NCBI GenBank assembly: GCA_010093995.1
Contig: ML992513.1
Location: forward strand, 617,203 to 681,202
DNA from: Elsinoe ampelina
Taxonomy: Eukaryota
Direction of reading: 5' to 3'
Length of the DNA: 64,000 nucleotides
Position numbers and translations under genes: made by a program
In this document: one piece after another, positions 48,105 to 59,407 of the stretch
Layout: the number at the start of each line of letters is the position of its first letter
Position numbering within the stretch: position 1 is the stretch's first letter
The notes under the pieces: model-generated
Databases searched by the model: none
What the model was told of the DNA's origin: nothing
Seen by the model: only the letters and a program-made list of their open reading frames with translations

Positions 48105-49813
48105 ATGACTACTGTACAATCACAGACGCCGGTCGCAAAAGGGAACGATCCAGGCAAAAGCATGGAACAATTGGGCTCTAGCCCAGAATCGCAACCTCGA
48201 GTGCTATCCCAGCAGCCATCGAATATGGAAGAAATTCCTCCGCCACCTGAGCTAATATCACCTACTGGCAGTACAACAGAACCCGAAAATGACCAGAGTA
48301 GCTCAGAGTCCTCACATGACGAAGTGTCAAAGATAGATTTCGAGCCGGCAGGGAACACGAACGCTGCCGTCCGGCAAATGGCAATGATCACGTCCAAAGC
48401 GACTGCTGTACTTCACGCTGGCTTGAGCAAGAAGATGGATAGAAAGAACGGGAGATTGGAAAACAGGTTGAATACAAGGATGGACGGTTTGGAAGCCAAG
48501 ATGGAGGACAGATTTCAAACGAATGAACGCCATTGGAACGGTAAGCCACAACAAAAGAGTCAGTCGTATGCCTATGTACTGATTTGAGATGCAGTCCAGT
48601 TTGCTCATGTGCAAATTCAGTTCTTGAATATCGATGCGCGTACTCATAATGCTGGTATCAGGTACCCGTTCGAGCGGATCCATGATATTCTCCGCTCTTC
48701 CATCGACGAGAATGGCGATGTCTTAAAAGAACAAATAGCACCCTCTATTATGCCGAGGACACTTGGAGATTGGTGGTTTGCACTTCGTAAGAGTTAACCT
48801 CAAACATGCGAATATTTTGCAACCCTCTGACTGCATTAGGGCACCAACCAGGGAATGTAGAGAGACTTGCGCAGATTTTGGATTTCCTCGACAGCGACTG
48901 GTTGAATCATTATGGTATCGACGGCATTCGGGAGGATAGTACTGCCGCCATTGCGCAAGTAGCCAGACTGCATGGCTTAAACTGGGAGGCTGTACAATCA
49001 AGCATGCTCGCAGCCGATGAGCAGTTCCGCACCGATGGATACCCGCTTCACAGCCAGATTTCGCGCCAGCCGAAATCTTACCCTGGTCTCGAGCATATCA
49101 ACGACCAGATCCAGGAAAGCAAAAAACGAAGGAGATTGTCCGATTCAAACTCAGGATCATATGTCAGCGGAGGCCGGAAATACACGCGTGTGCAGGGCAT
49201 GTATGTTGTACCTCCACGGCGCGCACATCGACCGCGCGTTGCAGCAGCCGAGCAGCCACTGTCTGATGCGCATCTAAATGCTCCACATATCAATGACTAG
49301 AGTGGAATACACCAGCCGTCCCAGGAAATCTATCAAGAATCCGGACCGCCACACCATCCCAGGCAACCCAACGAGGGCCTCCACTCCAGCGACGATTCGG
49401 ACAGCAAGGCCGAAGAACATGTAGGTCCTAGTCCGAAGCAGACCAACCTTGGCGATGTGTTACAGCGATCTGCCACAAAAGAAGCTCCCAATAATGGTCC
49501 CGTACACAGGCACGCTATCTTCGGAGGAAAGAGTAAGATGCCTAAAGACAACAAGCGGGCCCACGCGCCTGGAAGCGAGCAAATCCTCGTACCACGAACG
49601 AATACAGAAGTGTCGTGGGTGCCAACTCCAGACGGCCAGTCGCCGCGCACCCGAAAGTCCTCGAGTAAGCGGGCTAGAAGCAGTCTGCCGACGGTCCCGG
49701 ATACGCAAAGTGAGAGGGACCGGAGTGGAAGCAATCGATCGACGGTCCCGGCCTCAAGTGGCGAGGTGGAACGGGCGCTAGCACTCGCTCGACGCAGGGA
49801 AGACGCGCCTTGA
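48105..49813 (+). CDS. Coiled-coil protein with Mug135-like domain; in-frame TAG at 49298-49300 (true end, intron or nonsense mutation)
   Basis: Introns 48541-48594 and 48787-48839 join three frames. RLNTRMDGLEAKMEDRF coil, then DARTHNA..MPRTLGDWW..RLAQILDF..VARLHGL. The same frame stays open from 49301 to 49813. Confidence 0.5.
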
Positions 49814-49929
49814 ATGACACGACGTAGATGCCAGCATTTGCATGGCACATGAGCTTTCGCTGTCATCTGCGATTTTCGAATAGTGTCACTCTCAATACAT
49901 GTCGCTTCACTGAAAGTGTACGATCCCTC

Positions 49930-50829
49930 CTACAACCCCACCGCCGCCTTCTTCTCCCTCCTCTCCTGCTCCGCCATCCCCTCCCAGATCCTCCCAAACC
50001 TGCTCATCTCCGCCCCTCTCATCTCCACCTCCCACTCCCTCACCTCCCAATCACCCTCCCATATCACGGGCCACCTAACCTTCACCCCCTCCCACAACCT
50101 CACCAACGCATCCTTCGTCCTCCCCCTCTCCACCAGCCCCTCCTTGACCACCACCCTCGTCCTCGCACTCTCCGATCTCCATCCCCCCTGATAGCTCTCC
50201 ACCACCATCCCCTCCAACTTCTCCCCCCAGTCAATCTGCGGCATCAACCACCACAACAGATCAACCACGTCCACGCCACCGTGGTGCTCGATCCTCAACT
50301 TCCTCAACGAACCCCAATGCGGCGCCGGGAGGAAATGCATCGTCACGTCCTCAGCCCTGATGTGAGGGAGGAGCATGCGCATCTCCACTTCCGCGAGCGA
50401 GGTGGTGTAGGGCATGATTTCGTGGCGGAGTTGGCGGCATGAGGCGGCGAGGGAGATGGTGCCGAGGAGGAAAGGGCAGGTGGAGGAGGGGAGCCAGAGG
50501 TACTTGGTGGTTGAAGGCGTGGGGTGGACGGCGGTGAGGGTGTAGGTGAGTGTGGGGCGGGTGGGGCGGGAGAGGATGGCGTCCCAGAGGATGGAGTAGA
50601 TGATGTTGCGGATGTCGCCGGGGAGGGAGGTGAAGCTGGTCGTGGGTGTAGATGTGGGAGATGGTGGCAAGGAGACCTGCGGAGAGGGAGCTGGAAGAGG
50701 TCAGCAAAGCGAAGCCCGGTGCAGAGACTAGATCGCACTTCTGTGTGGACGCTTGAGAAGAAGCTCGTCGCCAGGTGAAGCAACTTGCTCTGGTGGAGCC
50801 GCCATGGTCTTGCGCTTGCGGATCTGCAT
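49930..50829 (-). CDS. F-box-like protein, paralogue 7
   Basis: FTSLPGDIRNIIY, LAASCRQLRHEIMPY, IDWGEKLEGM. Predicted 5' intron at about 50691-50750. Start at 50829 or 50805. Confidence 0.7.
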
Positions 50830-51164
50830 TGTAAGCCTGTCTTGTTTCAAGTCGCTAAAAAGATGAATCGTGGAGAACCAACTGATAGATCCATGGTAAT
50901 TATACTCAAGAAGTTTGCTATTGTCAAGTGGTGATGTGAAGATGTGGAAACGAAGACAATAGCATCTTTATTGTTGAGGTGTTCCTGTGAATACAAAAGC
51001 AAAGACAATAGTCATCGCAAAGTTCGGAATAGAGCAAACCTTGACAATCCAAAGTCCACAGTGCCACCGTTAGAGTCTTGTGCTTGGCCAATAATATACT
51101 CCAAGCGTATCCCTTCTCTGCTTCTGCCTATGGAACGCTCTGTACCTCGTCTGACCTGGCCATG

Positions 51165-52210
51165 TCACTGCTCTTGATCAACCGAGGTCTTCGCATCGCT
51201 CTTGAGCTTCGACAAGCGCTGTTCATCAGCAGCTACCCTCGTCAGTGCTTCAGACTTTCGGAGACAAGGTCCTCGTTCGACGTACCTAGTAATCGCCTCG
51301 AATGGTGAATGGTTCCAGTCGTATGACCGAAATCGATAGGTCGTTTGCAGCGGATGTCGGCAATGAGGCCAAGAAGCGTGCCGAATTCTTTCGCTGGGTC
51401 AGTTCCAGCTGTGTCTACTGTTTCCTCCTCAGCTTCGATCGTGTAAACGCTGTTTAGGCGCAGCTGATGCAGGTGCGTCCCATTATCGATGAGGGGTAGC
51501 AGATCAGCCAAGATGCGATTGAGTCCGGACGCAGTATACGCTGATAGTTCGAGCTTCTTAACAAGCGGCCATGCGACGGTCGCCGCTGAAGGCAGCCTGA
51601 CATGATCATCGCCGTGGGACTCCCAGGTCTCGATCGAGAAGTCGATTTTGGCGTATAGCATTGGCGGCAGCTCTTCACGCACCTTTCGGCATGTTGCGGC
51701 CAACTTCCCAGCGTCGCCCCAAACGACCACTTCGCCATCGCCGTGCCTATCGCGAACCAATAACGCTGCATCCTCATAATCAGGCAGGAAGACAGCCGTG
51801 TCCCAGAAGGGCTGATCCGTGTTCCCAGACTCGATGTATTTTTGTTCTGCTTTGCCTCGACCATCCTTAAGTATGATGTCGTAAATGAGCAGCCTGATCT
51901 CGGGCAGCAGCGTCAACAAGCTGGGCTGGACCTTGCTTGTCGATGCATTATGACCCTCCTCTTCCTCTTGGCCTGCTTGCATCCTTGCCCCTTCTGTCGA
52001 CGACTCCCCCGCCTTACCCTTCCCTCTCTTCTTCGACGGCCTCCCCTTTGGCTTCTTCCCTATCTCCGCCGCAATCGCTGCCCGTGCGTCTTTAACGTCC
52101 TGCTCCCTGCTACCGTTGAGTGGTGGTCCGGGCTGCCAGTTCTCAGTCAGGCGTTTCTTGGTGATTACGACTTCGACGCCATCATCTGTGGCTTTACGCC
52201 TTGGCGGCAT
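51165..52210 (-). CDS. F-box-like protein, paralogue 8
   Basis: SLLTLLPEIRLLIY, LAATCRKVREELPPMLY, LIDNGTHL, DIRCKRPIDF. Basic NLS-like N-terminus. Phase-1 intron 51233-51285, then AADEQRLSKL..EQ*. Confidence 0.75.
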
Positions 52211-52389
52211 CGCGATGGTTCTAGTGTCGGATGTAGAGGGTAATATCGCAGGTTGATATCTAAGCTCGATGGTCGGAATTCGTGCTGTGATGTTTGAGGT
52301 TGTTGACTGGTTGGACGAGGAGCTAAAGCCAGTGCTCTAAAGGTGATCGACGGGGAATAAGTCTTGTGGTGGATAGAGGAGGTAGGCGT

Positions 52390-52496
52390 GTGATGATCTG
52401 ACGAGGGTTTTCTGATACACAGTGATGATCTGACAAGGGTTTTCTGATAGAATGTGATGATCCGACGAGTGACTCTGATTGAATTTGATGATCTGG
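52390..52496. repeat. 32-bp imperfect tandem repeat (three copies plus a partial one)
   Basis: GTGATGATCTGACGAGGGTTTTCTGATACACA-like units start at 52390, 52422 and 52454, with a partial unit at ~52486. Confidence 0.9.
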
Positions 52497-52737
52497 TTGT
52501 CAGCAGCTTGCTCAAGAAAGGAAGCACAGAGTGGTTTCGAGGGGTGGGTGAGGTCAGGATATTTTGCATTAGGCAGTCACGGCTTCCACGTGACACCGCG
52601 TTTCCCGCCGACCGCGTTTGACTCGCGCCACAAACCACCTTGGTGAATGAATAGTACAGTGAAAGGTAAGTAAGCAAATATTGTTGACAACGGTGCGATC
52701 CATCTCTTCCCAGGGCATCATCCGAATAATGCCACTT

Positions 52738-54466
52738 CTAGAACACATACTGTTACTCGTCAGCACAATCTCACTCGCGATGATTGGGTCACATACCGGG
52801 ATGAACAAATACGGTACCCTCCGCTCATACTCCTTCCACGCCTCACCATATTTTTCCTTACACCGTTGAATATCCCTGTACGCACGGTGCGTAATCATGA
52901 GACAGAAGAAGACCGGGTAGAACCAAGGGAACGGACTGCTGAAGCCGGTGATCAGACCCCAGCAGATAGCGAAGTACGTGTCGGCGACATAATGAGGCTT
53001 CCTGACAATGCCGAACCAGCCATCGCATAGGATAGGGTCACCGGCCTGTGTCTCGATCTGCTTGGGGTTCTTGACGAACTTCCAGGGCAGTTGCGGGAAG
53101 GTGTTGCGGTCGACGGAGTAGCCTCGGGATTGCGAGCGGAAGTAGTTCTTCTGGCTGTTGCCCGTGTCCCAGACCCAGTAGGCGAAGAGGTAGGAGACGA
53201 AGAACCAGACCATGACGGGCCACGGGTGGTGGTACTTGGAGGGATCGTGGTTGGCGAGGAAGATCGTGCAGTGGCAGTAGGAGAGTGGGACGCCGGCGAG
53301 GTTCCAGAAGATGAGCATGAAGCCCCATTTCTCGTAGTAGATGTCCCTAGGCAGAAGGTCAGACATATCTCTCCCTCATTCCGCATCGACACTTACCAGG
53401 ATGTCACAATCATCTCCTCACCCTTGCTGCAAGCATTGGCATACAGCCAATGCGCCAACAGCAGGAACGCCACTTCCCCACTGACATATCCATACCTCTC
53501 CAACTGTCTCGCGGCCGCTCCAGCTGTCAACAAGAACAAAATGTACCACGGAAGCCTAACCTCGAAGAACATCTTAAAGTCCAACCAGCCAAACATCCTC
53601 GGGTTCAGTTCCGCTCCCATGAAGAAATCATAGACATGATTCCCCGTCATCCTATGCTCCTTGCCCCTGACAAACGTGCTCACATACGCCACAATGCTGA
53701 CCAGATACCCACTGCAAATCGCCACGCTCATCAACGGCCCAAACTCATCGATCAGCGTATACAGCTTGAACAGCCCCGTCCGATGCAACACCACCGCCCC
53801 CACAATCGTCGCGTAGAACGAGTACACCGCCGAGCAGTAATACTTCAACTGCTTCCCACCCTCATGATGCAGCGGCTTCCCCGTCGCGTACACTCCAGGC
53901 ATGTAAAGGTACATGACCCCCTGCACCACCAGAAAAGTCCAATAAATCACCCAGGCCTTCACATGCGGGAACGCTCCCTCCCAGCATAACTCCCCCATAT
54001 GCCGCGCAAATTCCCCCAGCGACTGCCCCTTCTCCGGCAGCGGGAACTTGCCATCGTAGTACGTCGCGCCGATCCACATGTAGTACATCAAGGCGGGGAA
54101 ACCGATCATCATGGCCGTGACGCCCGGTGCGCCGCCGAAGTCGAAGTGCGGGTTCGCGTCGATCTTCGGGGAGGAGCCCACGCGCCAGCCATCGATCACC
54201 TGGCCTTTTTTGTAGGTGTAGTCTTGCTTGGAAGCGCTTCCGTTGGCGGTGCCGTTCGTGGTGCCGTTGGTCTTGCGCGAGCGGGAGACGGAGCGTGTGC
54301 GGGGGCCGGAGGTGCTGCCATTTGCGGTGCCGTTGCCGTTGACGTGGATGTTGTCTGAGAGGGGGATCTCGACGACAGGTTCGCGGCGGGAGGGCGGGGC
54401 GGAGGGGGAGGGGGAGATGGTGCGGCGGGTGCGCGAGGAGCGGCGGCGGTGGGGGGTCTCGACCAT
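52738..54466 (-). CDS. ERG4: Delta(24(24(1)))-sterol reductase (ERG4/ERG24 family)
   Basis: [89 protein letters not shown]. Introns 53347-53396 and 52750-52796. Confidence 0.96.
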
Positions 54467-55090
54467 GCCGTCTGGGAGGTCGGGCTTTCTGGTGGGATAG
54501 GTCAGTATGGTCGAGGTCTACCTGGGGAGCGAAGAGGTAGGGAAGGGAGTTTTCTCGAGCCCTGAGTGCTGCTCGACTCGTGCGGCCATGAAAGTGGTCT
54601 GAGAGTTTGCTCGGCGTGGTGGGGACGTGTCGGGGGACTTACTTGGGCGTGTGCCCTGTCTGACTGCGAGTCACTGTCATGTTGGACAGTCAATGCGTCA
54701 AATCAGCGAAGGATACGCGTGAAGAGAGGTTTGCGACAGAGAACAACAGAAAGGAAAAGGGCGTGGAACGATTCTGGATGCGCGCGTGGTGAAGTCACAT
54801 CGATGCTGTTTATTTTTTGGACCGGCCTAAACTCGATTGAGCAATTTTGGCAGTTGGGGAAGAAAGTGAAATTCCGATCCAAAAAAGCCACCAACCGAAA
54901 GGAGCAACAGCGCGATTGGTCAACAAGATCGAATACAGATTGCGCTCGCTTGCACAAATTATACAATGCTATATATGGTATCTCTGTACAGAAAAGACCG
55001 AAATCCAACACCGTCCTCGCTAAATGCTGTTGAAACGCTGAAACATTACTTTTCGTCACACTTCCTGAAAATGCAGCGAACCATCACACA

Positions 55091-58000
55091 TCATTCCCAT
55101 GTGTACCTCCCCTCTTCGACCCCCAATGGCGTCCACTCCTGACCTGGATAGCTGGCTCCTTTCATCTGAGGCGCATCCTCGCTCTCATTTCTCTTATGAC
55201 CAGTGCCACCCTGCTGCGGTAACGCGTTGCTCCCCGAGAAGTCGGTCACCAGTCTTCCTGGCTGCGGCGGCGCGGGTCTGCCCACTGGACGAGCGTAAAG
55301 ATCTGAGTCCCTGCTGCCGGCCGACGGTGTAGTCCTGTGCCCTTGCTGTCTTCGCTTGTACTCTTGCCTGACGAATTGATTGTGCTCATCCGCTTGTTGT
55401 TTTGAAGGCGACTCGTGTCGAATCTCAGAACCAGGGTTGTGCGCTGATAGTCGACGACTTTGTCGTTCCGGCGAGATGTTCGGACTTGGGCCCTGACTCG
55501 GTACAGGTGGGACCGGTGACAGAGCTTGATTGTTGACGGTCATGAAACTGTACGGTACGCTTGCTTCTCGAGAAGATCTGCGGCGGTGTGACTGCTGCGA
55601 AGGCACTGCGTTGCTTCCCCTTCTACTGCCGAGCCCAGAGTGCACCGACATGGAATCTTGGGCATCCGGAGTGTGGTAGCCCGACGAACGTCCAGAGGAT
55701 GGCGCACCTTGCGGAGGATAGTTGTAGTCGTCTCCAGGACGAGCACCATACGAAGGATGACTGTAGTTACCAGGAGGTCGATATGCTTGCTGACGAACTT
55801 GCTCCGGTATATAATAGCCGTTGTTGTCTCTCAAGCCGCGTGGAGGTTGATTGGCCATGACTTGCGGAAGAGAGTTCAGGCGCTGTGGCGGTGGAGATGT
55901 AGACGAATATCCTGACAGATTCGAAGACGTGCGACGATAGTTGTCAGGTGCCGCATAACTTCCACTTCCGTACGAAGGCTGTCGGGTGGCTCCCATGCTC
56001 CCATTAGAGTGGAATCTGCTCGATGACTGTGCTCGCGGGTCTTGACTAGCAGTTCTGACCTGGCCGGGTTGGCCCCTTTGAGGTGGAATGATCTGCTCAA
56101 ACACCTGGCTCAGGCGAGGCGGATCGACCGGCGACATACCAGCACGGTAGGAAGAGTCGACCGGCTGAAACTCGTCCGGCACATCGACGTAGGAGAATCG
56201 CTTGCTACTCCTCTCGCTGTGCAATCGTCGAATAGACGACTGCACGTTTGGCAACGTCGGCTGCGGGTACTCCTGCTGATCGTTAGGGGCAGACCAGCCA
56301 GTCCGACTTCCTAACGTGTTGAGAGTATTGCTCCTGCTTGGACTCGAGGGCACCATCCCAGAGCTTCTTCGCGAAAGTGGAGTCAAGCTTCTGGGATGAC
56401 TATTGTCGTCTGCCAGTGTTGCTTGTTCCCGAGCATTTGGCGCAGCATAGTCGTCCTGTGGAGCGAGCTTGTCTGGCGAGATCTGACGAGGCGCGCTAAT
56501 GATCATCGGGCCCTGTTTGCTCAGCCGGTTTCGTTTCGAGGTGGATGCCGAAGATGCCGGTCCTGCCGTACTTGATTTTGATCTGCGAAATAACGAACCG
56601 AAACCTGAGAAGCGCTTTTTCTTCTCAGGCTGTGATGGAGGAGGCGTTGGTGTAGAAGCCACCTTTTGCGAAGATACACGTCGGTCTTTCTTTAGCAACT
56701 TCCCTTTCGCAGGACTGTCGAGCGCGTCGAGATCCATAGTCGAGGTCATACCTGACATGCGATTGGTGTTCATCGTCGACGGTGTGCCACTTGAGGGACG
56801 ATCAAATGCTCCTAATAATCTCGAAGACGATCTCTTGAAAGGAGGTGCCGGTACCGGACCGGGATGATGGCTGCTCTTAGGTGGTTCGCTTACAAGTGAC
56901 GGTCCAAGAGACGGCGTCCTCGAATATTTTCTCGAGTTGGCACCCTCCTGTTGCTGCCGCTCAGTCGCTTGACGGAAAGCGTCTTCCCTATCGAACACGG
57001 TGGCTTCGAGTGGTGACATTTCCACAAGTCTATCATCCATGTAGTCCCGATGATACATATCCGAGGCATCCGCAACAGGTTGAGGAGCTTGTCGCTGATA
57101 TTGGGGCGGTCCATAGTAGTCGGATCCGAATTGAGTATCTCTATCAAGCTGCGTTTGGTATTGTGACCACCTCTGCCCCTCAGCACCAGACAATCTCCTT
57201 GGGGGAGTACGCCGGTATCCGTATGGCTCGCTGGTTTGTGCCGGCGGCGTGAGATCTCGACTTGGAGGAAAGGAGTTATGGGCCAATGCTGACTGAGGAT
57301 ACAGTTCTCGGCCCCGCTCAACGAGGGACGCAGGCTGTGCCGCGTCGGGTATTGCTGGAGGATCTGCATCATCCATATCTTGAGCCACAACACCAAAGCG
57401 CTTTTGCGCGGGAAGGACGAGTGGCATTCGTGCCACGTCTATGTTCTGTGGAGACTCACGACGTGCAGCTTCCGGTTCTGGCAGGACTGTCTCCTCTTCA
57501 CGCGGCGCCGTAGGTGTCTGCATCAGCGTCTCGTCAATGCGTCGATCCTCGTCTCCAGGCGTTGTGAAAGGCGTGGTATCGCTATCGTACATCTCGGGTG
57601 GGAATGTTGTGCTGCGCGGCGTCAAATGTTCCGGCACGGTCGGAGAGTCTGTATTCCGGAGCTCCAGACGCAGATGCTCAATCTCTCTGTGTGGTGTTGG
57701 CAGAGGAGATCTTGCATATGATGACTTCCTACTTTGCGAAGGTAGGGAGGAACGATTGTTGATGAGCTTCGGTGAGCCGACACGAACAAGCTCGACCTGG
57801 GCAGGCTGCTCGACTGTGCCAGCAGAGATGAGCGAAATGTCGGAAGGAACTGAATGAAGACCCGAGCTCAACGCCATGCCGGATGATCTTTTTGAATCGT
57901 CAGCAGCACTCAGCTGCGATCTCGAGATGCGGGCTCGAACGCCTTCCCATTCACTGCGTTCATCTTCAGACCCAAAAGTAGGTTTCTGATCATTGAGACG

Positions 58001-59077
58001 AAATTCCGGCGAGGAGATCATAGGAGTATCCTTCTTGTCGTCGAGAGCGGTAGGAACCTCTGCTTCGGATTCTTTTGGCTGCTCTAGAGGTGACAGGTCT
58101 TTCGCATATAGGTCGACCATCTTATCTGTCACCGGCACCTCAACAGGCGACTTCGTCTGCAAATCGGCAGCCTTTTGGGGCGGTTGGTGAGGCTCCCACT
58201 CGTAGGAAGTCGGTAATTCTACAGGGCTTTTGTCTCCCAATTCCACTGGAGTCGTTGTAGCGACAGGCATTTGCTCTTGCTCTGCACCATGAGTTGACAT
58301 GCCGGTATTGTGAGCATCCGTAGCAGCCGGGCGCCGGTTTTCTGCCGCATCTCCCCTGGTAGGACTTGACGGGCCGAGTTCGGCTATCAAGATCGGGCTT
58401 ACATCCTGTTGACCAAGCGGACTGACAGACCGTTCAAGAGATTCCGGAAGCTGCCCGGGCTGAAAAACATCATTCTCGGGCGACCTCTGTGCGATCGGCG
58501 ATAGTATATGGCTATCGACCGTGTCTCTTCTCAAGCGAGTACCAGCATCGCTGCCGGGCCTTGTGTTTCTGATAGGCGATCCACTGACAGAGCTGGAAAA
58601 TGTCTCGACACCAGGACTTGGGAGTACACCCAATCTGAAACCTGGCTCGTTAAAGGGGCTGACCAGAGGAGGAGGGGTGATTTTCTCTTGCTGATCCCAA
58701 CTTGCGGTCCAAGCAGAGGCAGCAGCTGTGCTCGGCTGACTTGCCATTCTATCGGGATGAGGACTCTCTTCCACAATCTTCTCGTCTAAGCCGAGTTTAT
58801 CCATATCTAGCATGGGTGTACTGCTCCGGCTTGGTAGAATCAGACTTTGTGGGCGTGACTGTGACCGCGACTTTTCCGACCTGTCACTTCGGAAGCCGAG
58901 CGTGATTGATAGACGATTGGCCGACCATGAAGAGCTGTTCCTCTTTGACAAGCGGGGACGTAGGGAGGTTGTGGGTGGCGCGTCGGACAGACCGGGTGAT
59001 GAGCTGCGAGTATTGGCTGCGGTCGGTGCCGCTGAAGACGTGGGAGTGACGCTGCGAGAAATGTCGGCAGATGGAGC
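55091..59077 (-). CDS. Large disordered Ser/Pro-rich coding region with a conserved-looking C-terminal motif (MKGASYPGQEW); may be the terminal exon of the upstream gene
   Basis: Frame is open from 59077 to 55091 (about 1330 codons). First ATG is only at 58813, while the frame begins right after a TAG splice-acceptor-like site. Confidence 0.75.
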   Translation of the reverse strand, partial: APSADISRSVTPTSSAAPTAANTRSSSPGLSDAPPTTSLRPRLSKRNSSSWSANRLSITLGFRSDRSEKSRSQSRPQSLILPSRSSTPMLDMDKLGLDEKIVEESPHPDRMASQPSTAAASAWTASWDQQEKITPPPLVSPFNEPGFRLGVLPSPGVETFSSSVSGSPIRNTRPGSDAGTRLRRDTVDSHILSPIAQRSPENDVFQPGQLPESLERSVSPLGQQDVSPILIAELGPSSPTRGDAAENRRPAATDAHNTGMSTHGAEQEQMPVATTTPVELGDKSPVELPTSYEWEPHQPPQKAADLQTKSPVEVPVTDKMVDLYAKDLSPLEQPKESEAEVPTALDDKKDTPMISSPEFRLNDQKPTFGSEDERSEWEGVRARISRSQLSAADDSKRSSGMALSSGLHSVPSDISLISAGTVEQPAQVELVRVGSPKLINNRSSLPSQSRKSSYARSPLPTPHREIEHLRLELRNTDSPTVPEHLTPRSTTFPPEMYDSDTTPFTTPGDEDRRIDETLMQTPTAPREEETVLPEPEAARRESPQNIDVARMPLVLPAQKRFGVVAQDMDDADPPAIPDAAQPASLVERGRELYPQSALAHNSFPPSRDLTPPAQTSEPYGYRRTPPRRLSGAEGQRWSQYQTQLDRDTQFGSDYYGPPQYQRQAPQPVADASDMYHRDYMDDRLVEMSPLEATVFDREDAFRQATERQQQEGANSRKYSRTPSLGPSLVSEPPKSSHHPGPVPAPPFKRSSSRLLGAFDRPSSGTPSTMNTNRMSGMTSTMDLDALDSPAKGKLLKKDRRVSSQKVASTPTPPPSQPEKKKRFSGFGSLFRRSKSSTAGPASSASTSKRNRLSKQGPMIISAPRQISPDKLAPQDDYAAPNAREQATLADDNSHPRSLTPLSRRSSGMVPSSPSRSNTLNTLGSRTGWSAPNDQQEYPQPTLPNVQSSIRRLHSERSSKRFSYVDVPDEFQPVDSSYRAGMSPVDPPRLSQVFEQIIPPQRGQPGQVRTASQDPRAQSSSRFHSNGSMGATRQPSYGSGSYAAPDNYRRTSSNLSGYSSTSPPPQRLNSLPQVMANQPPRGLRDNNGYYIPEQVRQQAYRPPGNYSHPSYGARPGDDYNYPPQGAPSSGRSSGYHTPDAQDSMSVHSGLGSRRGSNAVPSQQSHRRRSSREASVPYSFMTVNNQALSPVPPVPSQGPSPNISPERQSRRLSAHNPGSEIRHESPSKQQADEHNQFVRQEYKRRQQGHRTTPSAGSRDSDLYARPVGRPAPPQPGRLVTDFSGSNALPQQGGTGHKRNESEDAPQMKGASYPGQEWTPLGVEEGRYTWE

Positions 59078-59407
59078 CTATGGCCAATGTCACAATGCAA
59101 TTCATCAATGAAAGAGTGCAGAGAGGAGAAAGCAAATTGATCACCACCACGCGAGGTCCACCGAGAGTAGGAAAAAAAGTCTTTTGCATTGATCCGCACC
59201 AAAGGCCAGTCTACATACATTGCTCAAAAGTCTGGAGCAGGATTAATGAAGACCAGCATTTGATGCCATCGAGTGCAAGTCCGACTTCAAGGGTGAGGTC
59301 GTGAAACATTATGCATCTGCAAAGAAATGCGAATCGTCGTGCTACCGCAAACGGCAAGCGATAGAAAATCAAGTGCAGCGGTCGTGGACGTGAGGACAAA
59401 AGAAAAA

